Shown here: one piece after another, positions 55,199 through 64,000 of the stretch | Numbering within the stretch: position 1 is the stretch's first letter | Layout: every line of letters begins with the position of its first letter | Source: a virus | Reading direction: 5' to 3' (one strand) | Length of the DNA: 64,000 nucleotides | Virus record (IMG/VR): IMGVR_UViG_3300025674_000015 | Translations under genes and position numbers: made by a program | The notes under the pieces: model-generated | The model's database searches: none | What the model was told of the DNA's origin: nothing | The model's input: only the letters and a program-made list of their open reading frames with translations

Positions 55199-56539
55199 AT
55201 GAATAAAGAACAAAAGAAGATTCTTTTTAGTGAAGCATTAAGATTGTTTGAGCCTTTTATTTTGAACGAAGGTGGTTATAATCAAAATAGACTTTATTTC
55301 GAGGAAGATACGCTTGATGAAAGAACAGAGCTTGAAGACAAAGCGCCGCCGGTAGAGCTTCAAGTTAATGCCGGTGCGGAAGAAGACATGTCTATTCCGC
55401 TTCCGACAGTTAAGATCACAGAGGCATGGGGTCAGCCAGATTCAGAAGACAGGCGAATCTTAGAGCTTCTTATGCAGAATGTCAAGGGAGACACTGTTAA
55501 GCAAAAACTTAACAGTGTGGGTGAGTTTTTGGAATATCAACCGGGAAGAAAGATCAATGAGATCTTTTCAAACCTTTTGTTCACAGAGATCTTCTCTAAT
55601 ATTATGGATGAGTACAATGCTTCAACGGCTGGGTTTCTGTTTGAAGCTTTCTTGGCAGGTCTTTTTGGCGGTTCGCGATCTTTGCAGATTGCTGATAAAG
55701 ATGAAGAAACTGGAAACCTGCCAATTGTAGACGTTGAATTAAATGGAGTGCCTTATAGTTTGAAAGTCCTTTCTCCTGATACTTCTGTCAAGGGATCGTT
55801 TTTTAACTTGGTTAACCATTTTGATAAAAGCGACTATGTAAAATACTTGGTCGTTGAAAAACAAGGTGAAGGGGTGCTGGCGTTTTATGAATTTGAACTT
55901 AACCTAAGTACATTTCTGAACTACATCGGCTACAGTGGTGGAATGAAAACGAATAAACAAAAAGACTTTGTGAAGGTTGGGGAACTCACCACCGCCGGCG
56001 GCAAAGTATACTACGCCCCTGAAGGCAATGATGAAGTGTTGTATCCGGTCACATCCGGAGTAAAAGCAGCAAAAGAAGCTATTGAAGGCATGGACGACGA
56101 CGAGTTAGTCCGAATTGAATATTTAGCGGAGCCGATTAGAGATGTCAGGTCGAATACAGAAAAGCTGTATGGTGATATTCAAGCTTATGATGACTTGGTT
56201 GCTACCAAGGAAGAAGAATTGATAGCTAAACTTAAACAACAGCCGGGATATAAAGGGAAAAAACAATTTGAGATCAGGCCAGCGTATGTGCGACAAACAG
56301 CAGAACTAATCGGTGAGTTAAGCTTGGGTCGAGATGAATTGAAAGCTGTTGCGAAAGAGTATGCAAAAGATTTGCAAGATAGCTTGATTCCAATTTACAG
56401 AGCCTTACAAGAGCTTACCACAAACACAAATAAATATTTTCTCTCTGAAGAGGGTGAAACAACGAGAAAAGAGCATGCCTTGCTAGCTTCCGGCAACGCT
56501 GGCACTTTGAAAAATGAAACCGAGAAATTAGTTAAATAG
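55199..56539 (+). CDS. Hypothetical protein, possible PD-(D/E)xK-like domain
   Basis: GFLFE...IVDV...YSLK. Confidence 0.5.
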   Translation: MNKEQKKILFSEALRLFEPFILNEGGYNQNRLYFEEDTLDERTELEDKAPPVELQVNAGAEEDMSIPLPTVKITEAWGQPDSEDRRILELLMQNVKGDTVKQKLNSVGEFLEYQPGRKINEIFSNLLFTEIFSNIMDEYNASTAGFLFEAFLAGLFGGSRSLQIADKDEETGNLPIVDVELNGVPYSLKVLSPDTSVKGSFFNLVNHFDKSDYVKYLVVEKQGEGVLAFYEFELNLSTFLNYIGYSGGMKTNKQKDFVKVGELTTAGGKVYYAPEGNDEVLYPVTSGVKAAKEAIEGMDDDELVRIEYLAEPIRDVRSNTEKLYGDIQAYDDLVATKEEELIAKLKQQPGYKGKKQFEIRPAYVRQTAELIGELSLGRDELKAVAKEYAKDLQDSLIPIYRALQELTTNTNKYFLSEEGETTRKEHALLASGNAGTLKNETEKLVK

Positions 56540-56547
56540 GAGGGGTA

Positions 56548-58131
56548 ATGACCGCTAAATTAGTATACGACAACAATCAATCACTTCGAGAAAAGATCCT
56601 CAAGGGGGTCGATGTTTTGGCAGACAATGTCTCCTCAACACTCGGCCCAAAGGGAAGAAACGTTATTCTTCATCAAAAGGGAAAGAACCCAATCATCACA
56701 AAAGACGGAGTTTCAGTTGCCAAGTTTGTTTACTTGGACGATCCTTTTGAGAACTTGGGCGCACAGATCATCAAACAAGCATCTGAACAAACAAACAATG
56801 AAGCAGGAGACGGCACAACCACATCGGCTGTGTTAGCTCGTTCTGTGGTCAAGAACGCACAGAAGTACCTTGTGGCAGGGTCACCCCCTGTTGAACTTAA
56901 GAGAGGCATGGACAAGGCTGTTAAGGACGTTGTAGAGCTTCTTGAAGAGAAGGCAATCCCTGTACAATCTCTGGAAGATGTAGAAAACATCGCAGAGATC
57001 TCTGCAAACGGAGACAAGACCATCGCAAAGCTGATCTCTACTGCAATTGATGTTACCGGAAGGGACGGGGCAATTCAAGTTGTTGATGGCAAAGCACCAG
57101 AGACAAGTTTGGAAGTTCTGGAAGGATTCAGGTTTGATTCTGGATACGCTGCTTCCGCCTTCATCACAGACGAAAGAAGAGGAGCAATCAATTATGATAC
57201 TCCTTTGGTTCTGGTCACAGATTACAAAGTTGAAACTGTTGATGAAATGCTTCCCATCTTGGAGGTTGTCGCAAGAGACGGACGACCTTTTGTTGTGGTG
57301 GCAGATTCTGTTGAAGGTCAAGCACTTGCAGCTTTGATCATGAACACTGTTCGAGGAACAATGAAGATTGCAGCAGTGAAAGCACCGCGCTTTGGAAACG
57401 AAAGAAGAAAGATTCTCTCTGATCTTGCCCTTAGTTTGGGAGCTACATTCATCACTAGGTCTTCTGGAAAAAGGCTAGCAGATGTTAAGCTCTCTGATCT
57501 AGGGACATGTAAATCTGTTGACATTATCAAGAACGGCACAACGTTCGTGAATGGCGAAGGGTCTGCTGAAGAGATCGAGAAAAGGATCGATTCTTTGAGG
57601 GTCGAACTCGACCAGACTGACGACCTTAGAGAGTGCGAAGTGATCCAAGAAAGGATCACTAGACTTTCCTCCGGTGTTGCGATTGTGAAGGTTGGTGGCC
57701 TTACTGAGATCGAGATGATCGAAAGAAAACATCGCATTGAAGACGCTTTGGAAGCCGTTCGTTCCGCGCAAATGGAAGGCATCACCGCTGGAGGTGGAGT
57801 TACTTTGGTTCGGTGCAGTCAGGCTTTGGAAGAAAAAGCAAAGAATATACTTGACGAAACAGAAAGAATCGGCTATAATGTAGTTCTAAAGTCAATCAAA
57901 GAACCAGTCAAGCAAATGGCTTTGAACGCTGGCTTGTCCCCTGAATTGGTTCTTAGAAAGGTTGAAGAGCTTGATGCTACTAGGGGTGTTGATTACTCAA
58001 CAGAAAGGGAAATTGACATGCTTGAGTCCGGTGTTATTGATCCTGTGAAAGTTACTAGATGCGCTTTGCAAAATGCTGTCTCTGCTGCTGGCACTTTAAT
58101 CACATCAAACCACGCTATTGTAGAGGTTTGA
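56548..58131 (+). CDS. groL: Chaperonin GroEL
   Basis: TLGPKGRNV, ITKDGV, AGDGTTT, KAPRFG, GGG, IDPVKVTR.AL.NA. Confidence 0.98.
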   Translation: MTAKLVYDNNQSLREKILKGVDVLADNVSSTLGPKGRNVILHQKGKNPIITKDGVSVAKFVYLDDPFENLGAQIIKQASEQTNNEAGDGTTTSAVLARSVVKNAQKYLVAGSPPVELKRGMDKAVKDVVELLEEKAIPVQSLEDVENIAEISANGDKTIAKLISTAIDVTGRDGAIQVVDGKAPETSLEVLEGFRFDSGYAASAFITDERRGAINYDTPLVLVTDYKVETVDEMLPILEVVARDGRPFVVVADSVEGQALAALIMNTVRGTMKIAAVKAPRFGNERRKILSDLALSLGATFITRSSGKRLADVKLSDLGTCKSVDIIKNGTTFVNGEGSAEEIEKRIDSLRVELDQTDDLRECEVIQERITRLSSGVAIVKVGGLTEIEMIERKHRIEDALEAVRSAQMEGITAGGGVTLVRCSQALEEKAKNILDETERIGYNVVLKSIKEPVKQMALNAGLSPELVLRKVEELDATRGVDYSTEREIDMLESGVIDPVKVTRCALQNAVSAAGTLITSNHAIVEV

Positions 58132-58162
58132 ACTAGTTACTAATAAACTAGGAGGGATTAAC

Positions 58163-58456
58163 ATGCCAGCTTCAAAAGACTCAATGCAAGCAATCAAAAA
58201 CCTAGATATGGAAATTGACTTTGAATTGAAAAAGATCTCCCTTACAATGGACGAGATCAATAAAAGACAAGAGCAAATTGCTCAAGACATTCAGAAAATT
58301 AAGGAAGCTGTTTACCACCCAGAAACAGGGTTGTATACTAGAATTAAACAGCTAGAGAACTGGAAGAACGGTGTTTCTAAAGTTCTTTGGTCGGTTGCTA
58401 CTACAACTATGGGACTCTTGGTGGTGACAGTATGGAAATTAATCACAGCAAAATAA
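58163..58456 (+). CDS. Coiled-coil protein with C-terminal TM (holin-like candidate)
   Basis: Late motif ACTAGTTA at 58132; C-terminal hydrophobic helix. Confidence 0.45.
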   Translation: MPASKDSMQAIKNLDMEIDFELKKISLTMDEINKRQEQIAQDIQKIKEAVYHPETGLYTRIKQLENWKNGVSKVLWSVATTTMGLLVVTVWKLITAK

Positions 58457-58462
58457 CAGGAG

Positions 58463-58765
58463 GTGAGAATGCTGGTAGAGTTGATTGAAGTGTTCGCTAG
58501 AACAAATTACACAAACGCTCCAAAAAGAAACTACAATTTAAGAAAGATTTATGTTAACCCAAAGAGCGTTGCCCTTATCAGAGAAGAGCCAACAATGATT
58601 AACTACTTGAAAGAAGGGGTGATGCCAGAGGGATTATCGGATAGCACAACCTTTACTAGACTCTCTCTGCATGATTCCGGTTCAACATCTTCGATTGTTG
58701 TTGTTGGAACACCGCAAACAATTAACGAAAAACTTTCAACACAGAAAGGCTTGCTAAAGGGATAA
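58463..58765 (+). CDS. Hypothetical protein
   Basis: IYVNP..V..IRE motif; SD. Confidence 0.55.
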   Translation: MRMLVELIEVFARTNYTNAPKRNYNLRKIYVNPKSVALIREEPTMINYLKEGVMPEGLSDSTTFTRLSLHDSGSTSSIVVVGTPQTINEKLSTQKGLLKG

Positions 58766-58768
58766 CAC

Positions 58769-59104
58769 ATGCAATTAATGCTCGCAGTATTTTTGTTCAC
58801 TGTTGGGCATATCTTAGCTTGGCTACAATTAAACTGTAGGTTTTTCATAGAGTGGTTTGAAGGAAAATACCTTCTGCCACTTTTTTTGTTTGGAACCCCA
58901 GCAAGTTTAGTAGGAATGTATGCTTTCAAGCTAGTATATGCTCATCACGGCTCTTGGGGTGCTAGGTTTATCGGATTCGCCGCTTCCTTTTTGGTTTGGC
59001 CTGTGTTAAACCACGTATTCTTGGGAGAATCGGTGTTTGAAATGAAAACGATAATTTGCGTTTTTCTTTCTTGTTTGATTATGTATGTTCAATTTAAGCT
59101 ATGA
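58769..59104 (+). CDS. Small four-TM membrane protein
   Basis: Hydrophobic; FLGE motif resembling SMR/DMT-type proteins. Confidence 0.55.
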   Translation: MQLMLAVFLFTVGHILAWLQLNCRFFIEWFEGKYLLPLFLFGTPASLVGMYAFKLVYAHHGSWGARFIGFAASFLVWPVLNHVFLGESVFEMKTIICVFLSCLIMYVQFKL

Positions 59105-59769
59105 GGGTTATACCAGTGGCATGTTCTTTTTGCGGCAAGAAAAATCACAATGTTCGCACTTGTAAAAAACTGGTGCAGCATACCAAACTGCAAGAAGAAA
59201 TGACACCATGGTTAACTGAGGTGGCAAAAGAACTCATAACAAAAACCGGATTCCATCGCGGCGTGTTTTGCCAAATAGAGAAAAGAATCGAAGAAAAACC
59301 AATCAATGGAATAATCATTGACATTGCTTGGAAAAACTTTTGCGCCAACTCTATCTTTGAGTTTAATTGGAAAAGATATAATAGTTGGTTCTTTCCTTAC
59401 ACTTTCTACTGCGTGAAAGTCCTCGATCAAAAAACATTAGAAACTTCTTTTTTCCATATGACGCAAGTCAATCAAGTCAGAGAATATCTAAACGAAAGGT
59501 TCGCAGAGGTCAATCACGAGGAGAGTCTAATCAAGTTAAATTACACAACAGGCGCAAGAGCAAAGCTATACACAGATACGATCAATATATATCAAATGGA
59601 TAATCAAAAGGCCGCTCAAGAAGAGATAGAAAGGCTATCAGATATAAACAAAATTGTTTTGTCAGGTGAATATCCAAGCAACCTTCATCACTCCTACAAT
59701 CGCTCCTACACAAAGTTCTACACCCACGTCCACCAGTATCTTAAAGACCACTTCAAAAAAACTTCTTGA
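59101..59769 (+). CDS. Hypothetical protein with zinc knuckle
   Basis: CSFCGKKNHNVRTC. Confidence 0.6.
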   Translation: MRVIPVACSFCGKKNHNVRTCKKLVQHTKLQEEMTPWLTEVAKELITKTGFHRGVFCQIEKRIEEKPINGIIIDIAWKNFCANSIFEFNWKRYNSWFFPYTFYCVKVLDQKTLETSFFHMTQVNQVREYLNERFAEVNHEESLIKLNYTTGARAKLYTDTINIYQMDNQKAAQEEIERLSDINKIVLSGEYPSNLHHSYNRSYTKFYTHVHQYLKDHFKKTS

Positions 59770-59817
59770 CATTTCAGCCCAACTTTGCAATAATGGTTGC
59801 AAACGTTGGAGGTTCAA

Positions 59818-60219
59818 ATGAGAACAAAAGAGATCAGAAAATGGATCGACGAAGGTGGATCACTCCCTGAAGAACTGACGCAAGAAGAACACAAGTACCT
59901 TTCAAGGCTGGGATGGATGACGATGGCGATGGAGTATGATAATGGACAGAAAGAGTTTGAATGGCACTTCCTCCACGGGAAAAAGCACGGAAAGTACGAA
60001 GCATGGTATGACAACGGGCAGAAGGAGTATGAACATCACTGCCTTCACGGAAAACTCCATGGAAAACGGGAAAGTTGGTGGTACAACGGGCAGAAGGAGT
60101 ATGAATATCACTACTTCCACGGAATGAAACACGGTGTGTTCAAAGAGTGGGATGAAGATGGAGACCCCCTCATTGACGAAGAATATTACTACGGGAACAA
60201 AATCAAAGAAACTTCTTGA
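59818..60219 (+). CDS. MORN-variant repeat protein, paralogue C
   Basis: MRTKEIRKW; three 24-aa repeats; own promoter at 59766. Confidence 0.85.
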   Translation: MRTKEIRKWIDEGGSLPEELTQEEHKYLSRLGWMTMAMEYDNGQKEFEWHFLHGKKHGKYEAWYDNGQKEYEHHCLHGKLHGKRESWWYNGQKEYEYHYFHGMKHGVFKEWDEDGDPLIDEEYYYGNKIKETS

Positions 60220-60244
60220 CAAGTGAAGACAGAATGGTTATACT
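60216..60244 (+). promoter_or_regulatory. Sigma70-type promoter
   Basis: TTGACA-N17-TATACT. Confidence 0.7.
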
Positions 60245-60292
60245 TTCAACACAAAAGGGCAGAAGCCCATTTCAAACAAAAGGAGATTTATT

Positions 60293-60679
60293 ATGTTTGC
60301 ACTTACCACAAAAAACGATGGACTTTTTGATCTTTTCTTTGATCGACCTCTGGATGTTAGGTCAAGCTATCAAAGAACAAAAGTTCAAACAAAGGTTGTT
60401 TCGGAGAGCGATCAGTTCAAGATCCAGATTGCAGCCGTTGGTGTCCCCAAGGAATTGGTTGACATTCAGGTTGTTGGGTATGTTTTGACAGTTTCTCACG
60501 AACACAACGAAGAAAAAGAAAACAGTTACTTCTGTTCTTCTTTCAAGAAAAGCTGGACACTCCCAGAAAACACTGATCTTGAAAAGATCTCGGCAAAAGC
60601 ACAGGATGGCATCTTTGAGATTTCAATTCCAAAAGTGGAGCCTGTCAAGCCGACAACAAAAAAGATCGAAATTAATTAA
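60293..60679 (+). CDS. Small heat shock protein (Hsp20)
   Basis: SFKKSWTLP...I.A...DGI..I.IPK...KKIEI. Confidence 0.9.
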   Translation: MFALTTKNDGLFDLFFDRPLDVRSSYQRTKVQTKVVSESDQFKIQIAAVGVPKELVDIQVVGYVLTVSHEHNEEKENSYFCSSFKKSWTLPENTDLEKISAKAQDGIFEISIPKVEPVKPTTKKIEIN

Positions 60680-60726
60680 GAAAACACTGGGATTTCTTCT
60701 ATTTATATACAACAACGGAGATTAAA

Positions 60727-60810
60727 ATGGACTTTAAAGAAAAATGCTGCGGAATTACGATTCTATCTTATGTTTCTTTTCTGGCAGTTATGTTTTTGAC
60801 GTTTTATTAA
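60727..60810 (+). CDS. 27-aa membrane peptide
   Basis: GGAG SD; late motif at 60698; single hydrophobic stretch. Confidence 0.4.
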   Translation: MDFKEKCCGITILSYVSFLAVMFLTFY

Positions 60811-60823
60811 ATTGGAGAAACCC

Positions 60824-61222
60824 ATGCCCAGTTTTCACAGATTATGGAAAAATTATCTTGTCGAAAGCCCACAAGATGAATTATTCAAAATCGAAATGAT
60901 CATGTACTTCCCTCTGACTAGGGATATTGAATTGGAAACACTTTATAACTATCTTCGAGCAGTTCCCGGAGTTACGCGAGTAGCTTCAGAACCAGCAGAG
61001 AAGAGGTCAACCAACATTTATGTTGAACTAGAAATCAAACTTATTAAAAAGGTTTTGGGCGAAAGAACACCGATTCAATATGTAAAATCAGAATTGATCC
61101 CAAATATTTACAAATATTGTAAAGGGGAATACAGACCCTTCATTATTCCTACCTCTGTGCGGGTCATACCGATCTCGCAAAAGAAATCAGCCTTCCTCGC
61201 CTCTCAGCTTCGCGGTCTTTAA
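60824..61222 (+). CDS. Hypothetical protein
   Basis: GGAG SD; WKNYLVE N-terminus. Confidence 0.55.
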   Translation: MPSFHRLWKNYLVESPQDELFKIEMIMYFPLTRDIELETLYNYLRAVPGVTRVASEPAEKRSTNIYVELEIKLIKKVLGERTPIQYVKSELIPNIYKYCKGEYRPFIIPTSVRVIPISQKKSAFLASQLRGL

Positions 61223-61272
61223 TTCTTGACATTTCCTTGAAATTGTGGTATCCTTTGTAAAAAGGAGCAACA

Positions 61273-61686
61273 ATGGACAAAAAACTAACCGATTGGATCG
61301 AATCAAAAGGGATCACCCTGATCCCTGACAAGATCGATCTTTTTGATCGCTACACCAAAACAATCAAATACAACAAGCACAACAAAAAAGAGAATCAATT
61401 GTTCTCTATTCTGCATGAGTGCGGTCACTTCCTGCTACAGCAAAACATATACACATACGCAAAGAAGTACAAAGCACAAGTAGATTTCAATACAAGGTTG
61501 TTTGATAAACCTTTTCGTCCTTACAAGATCTCTGTCTTAAAAGAAGAATATGACGCTTGGGACAGAGGTTTGGCTTTGGCAAAAAGATTAAAGATTGACA
61601 TTGACGAAGAAAAGTATTACAATTACGCTTCAAAGTTTTTGTACACATACTGCAAATGGGTGGTATCAAGGAGGAGAAATGTGTAA
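61273..61686 (+). CDS. ImmA/IrrE-like zinc metallopeptidase
   Basis: LHECGH ... EEYDAW; promoter TTGACA at 61226. Confidence 0.65.
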   Translation: MDKKLTDWIESKGITLIPDKIDLFDRYTKTIKYNKHNKKENQLFSILHECGHFLLQQNIYTYAKKYKAQVDFNTRLFDKPFRPYKISVLKEEYDAWDRGLALAKRLKIDIDEEKYYNYASKFLYTYCKWVVSRRRNV

Positions 61687-61888
61687 GATCGCAGAAAAGA
61701 TCGCAAAAAAGATCACAAGGAAAAGGGCAGTTTGCAACGGAGTGATCCCAGAGATCGAAAAGGAAATCAAAGAAGTTATTGAATTGCTTCTTTGCCATTC
61801 AGAAAATCATCCGGAAACGTTTGGCTCATTGATGGTTGGGAGCAAAGAAGTGGCAATTCAAAAACTAGAACAGTGGATGGAAAAATGA
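61679..61888 (+). CDS. Hypothetical protein
   Basis: GAGGAG SD before ATG 61679. Confidence 0.5.
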   Translation: MCKIAEKIAKKITRKRAVCNGVIPEIEKEIKEVIELLLCHSENHPETFGSLMVGSKEVAIQKLEQWMEK

Positions 61889-62016
61889 GAATTGAAGAGA
61901 ACGACAAGTGGAAAGTAATCATTTCAACCACTTGCGAAATAGTTCTTGACTGATCCCACAAGATCGTGCAATAATGATTTCACACTGGCAAAAACCCAAA
62001 CAAAAAGGAGAACACA

Positions 62017-62205
62017 ATGTCTTGGGTTATACTTTTCTTTCTTTCTACTCTTTTCGTTTCTCAAATAATGAGAACAGTGTTGAGGACAGGAGACACTGTT
62101 ATCGGTGCTTGGATTGCAGTTTCAGCAATTGCAGCGTTCTGGATCGGGGTAGCAGTTGTTATGTATCAGATCTTTATCTTCTTGGTTAATTTAATTGGAG
62201 CCTGA
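62017..62205 (+). CDS. Small two-TM membrane protein
   Basis: AAGGAG SD; hydrophobic; promoter at 61946. Confidence 0.55.
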   Translation: MSWVILFFLSTLFVSQIMRTVLRTGDTVIGAWIAVSAIAAFWIGVAVVMYQIFIFLVNLIGA

Positions 62206-62206
62206 C

Positions 62207-62401
62207 ATGAAGAGCTTATTCTACAAAGGACAATATTGGAAAGTCGGAGACCTTGTTAAAGGCAGAGACGGTCGTTGTGGTTATATTGTGGGGTTAAATG
62301 TTCAAGAATATATTGATGTGTATGTTAGTGCTGACGTTATTTGGCAAGACGGAGAGAAATTATCCTTCTCTTTGAACTACTTGGAGTTGGTCAATGCGTG
62401 A
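62207..62401 (+). CDS. Small SH3/KOW-like protein
   Basis: WKVGDLV...G.IV...V.W. Confidence 0.55.
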   Translation: MKSLFYKGQYWKVGDLVKGRDGRCGYIVGLNVQEYIDVYVSADVIWQDGEKLSFSLNYLELVNA

Positions 62402-62597
62402 TTTCAAAGTCGGAGAACTTGTCATGGTCTCCACAGACGCAACCCGTTGGTGTCCACTCAAGCCCCATCTGGGAATAGTGGTTAAGTGTCGCGGCAGTCT
62501 TATTGGGACTTGTGTTGTTGTTCTACAGGATGGGCGAAAAAGATTAGTTAAAACATCGCAATTGGAAAAACTACTTGACAAACCAGAAAAATCCTGA
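62394..62597 (+). CDS. Small SH3/KOW-like protein
   Basis: FKVGELV...GIVV. Confidence 0.55.
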   Translation: MRDFKVGELVMVSTDATRWCPLKPHLGIVVKCRGSLIGTCVVVLQDGRKRLVKTSQLEKLLDKPEKS

Positions 62598-62645
62598 TAC
62601 CATTTAGAACAAGCTGAAAACACACAAACACAGGAGAACAAAGAT

Positions 62646-63566
62646 ATGATGGGCTATGCCTGCATCAACACCAATCTCTCAAACCGATCCAAGAAAGATC
62701 GCATCACAACCAACCGCACTATGATCAAAAGAACCTTTGAACAGAAAGGTGTTGAGTATGCTTCTGAATTGGCTGTGCAAAACTGTGCAGACCTTCTTCC
62801 CATCCTTCAGTGGAACGAGAAGAACGGCATTCGCTTCTTCCGCCTTTCATCGGAGTTCTTCCCGTGGGCATCCGAATATGATCTCAAAGATCTCCCGCAC
62901 TATGATCAGATCAAGAAATCACTTGCACAAGCAGGTGCATACGCAAAAAAACACAATCATCGCTTGACTTGTCATCCCGGACATTTCAACAAGCTAGCTT
63001 CTCCAAAGCCCAAGGTTGTCGAGAATACAATCAGGGATTTGGAAATCCACGGAGAACTGTTTGATCTTCTTGGTCTTTCAAGAACGCCTTACAACAAAAT
63101 CAATATTCATGTGGGCGCAACGTATGGTGACAAAGAATCCGCCTGTGCCACATTCAATTCCAACTTCAAGAAATTATCAGACGCAGTGCGCTCCCGCCTG
63201 ACCGTGGAGAACGACGACAAAGCATCCCTTTATTCTACAAAGGATCTGCACGAATTGATCTGGAAAAAGATCGGCACACCAATCGTCTTTGACTACCACC
63301 ACCACAAGTTCTGCACTGGTGGGCAATCAGAAGAAGAAGCCCTCAAGCTGGCAGCGTCTACTTGGGGCAAGTACAAGCCGGTTGTCCATTATTCAGAGAG
63401 CAGGGCAAAAGAGCAGAACGATTCAAAGATCAAGCCACAGGCGCATTCCGACTACATTCAAGAAAAGATCTTGACTTATGGCGTTGACGTTGATATCATG
63501 ATTGAAGCCAAAGCAAAAGAGCAGGCTTTGTTGGAATGGAGCAAAAAACATGGAACGCTGGTATAA
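62646..63566 (+). CDS. uvsE: UV damage endonuclease
   Basis: GYACIN, FFRLSS, HPG.F, NIHVG, ENDD, FDYHH, HYS, AHSD, EAK.KE; promoter at 62575. Confidence 0.96.
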   Translation: MMGYACINTNLSNRSKKDRITTNRTMIKRTFEQKGVEYASELAVQNCADLLPILQWNEKNGIRFFRLSSEFFPWASEYDLKDLPHYDQIKKSLAQAGAYAKKHNHRLTCHPGHFNKLASPKPKVVENTIRDLEIHGELFDLLGLSRTPYNKINIHVGATYGDKESACATFNSNFKKLSDAVRSRLTVENDDKASLYSTKDLHELIWKKIGTPIVFDYHHHKFCTGGQSEEEALKLAASTWGKYKPVVHYSESRAKEQNDSKIKPQAHSDYIQEKILTYGVDVDIMIEAKAKEQALLEWSKKHGTLV

Positions 63567-63759
63567 AGAGGGAGAAGTAGTCAGAGATTGGAAAGGAAGG
63601 GTGGGCGTGATCATCCGTATGTACGACAAGAAAGCATACGGGCAAGAGATCTTCAAAGTGATCTGGCAAGATCAAACACAAACAACAGAGACGATCAGAT
63701 CGGTTTGGTCTGGGGAGCAGGAAGATGAGGAAAGCAGAGATCAACAAGTGGATCGATGA
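63550..63759 (+). CDS. Small SH3/KOW-like protein
   Basis: YKEGEVV...GVII...FKVIW. Confidence 0.5.
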   Translation: MERWYKEGEVVRDWKGRVGVIIRMYDKKAYGQEIFKVIWQDQTQTTETIRSVWSGEQEDEESRDQQVDR

Positions 63760-64000
63760 AGGTGGATCACTCCCTCAAGATCTTACACAGGAAGAGAAAG
63801 ATCACCTCACAAAGCTGGGGTGGAGTGTTAATGACCACTGGTGGGGCAACGGACAGAAGTCTTATGAATGGAACTGGTTCCACGGGAAGCGGCACGGAAA
63901 GTGGGAAACGTGGGAGCGCAACGGGCAGAAGGAGTACGAACATCACTACCTCCACGGAATGAAGCACGGTGTGTTCAAAAGGTGGAATCAAGACGGAACC
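63725..64000 (+). CDS. MORN-variant repeat protein, paralogue D (runs off window; absent from ORF track)
   Basis: Manual translation MRKAEINKWIDEGGSLP...WWGNGQKSYEWNWFHGKRHGKWETWERNGQKEYEHHYLHGMKHGVFKRW. Confidence 0.85.
   Translation, partial: MRKAEINKWIDEGGSLPQDLTQEEKDHLTKLGWSVNDHWWGNGQKSYEWNWFHGKRHGKWETWERNGQKEYEHHYLHGMKHGVFKRWNQDGT

Noticed and set aside
31791-64000. Diversity-generating retroelement behind MORN variation
   Set aside because: Some differences are A-to-N (TAC/TGC/TTC) but many involve non-A positions, and no reverse transcriptase or template repeat is in the window.

Overview
A 64-kb segment of a large T4-like (myovirus) phage genome, with every credible gene on the + strand. 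1-21.2 kb is a late structural module: prohead protease (3' part), a phage ribosomal protein bS21, scaffold, gp23-type major capsid protein, neck/terminator, sheath, tube, tail chaperone, tape measure and baseplate genes. 22.5-64 kb holds replication, recombination and nucleotide metabolism genes (short PolA, tubulin-like protein, PyrF, gp32-like SSB, RecA/UvsX, 5'-3' exonuclease, DnaB-like helicase, class II RNR, ThyX, DnaE, dUTPase, PurA, IMPDH/GMPR). It also holds proteostasis genes (GroEL, GroES, ClpP, Hsp20), two DNA methylases, UvsE, five tRNAs and many small accessory ORFs. Two promoter classes are visible: canonical sigma70 TTGAC-N17-TATAAT, and a late motif (A)CTA[T/G/A]TTA in front of structural genes. 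The most notable observations are: (1) a three-way-junction kissing-loop RNA with an anti-SD, directly after the capsid gene; (2) a T7 +1/-2 frameshift site in the tail chaperone; (3) an SD-sequestering hairpin with the late promoter in its loop; (4) a dispersed, variable MORN/YwqK-like paralogue family; (5) a small gene carrying a copy of a capsid-protein motif; (6) a glycosyltransferase cassette flanked by ~100-bp direct repeats next to a tRNA-Ile(UAU). All calls come from motif recognition by eye; no database searches were run.
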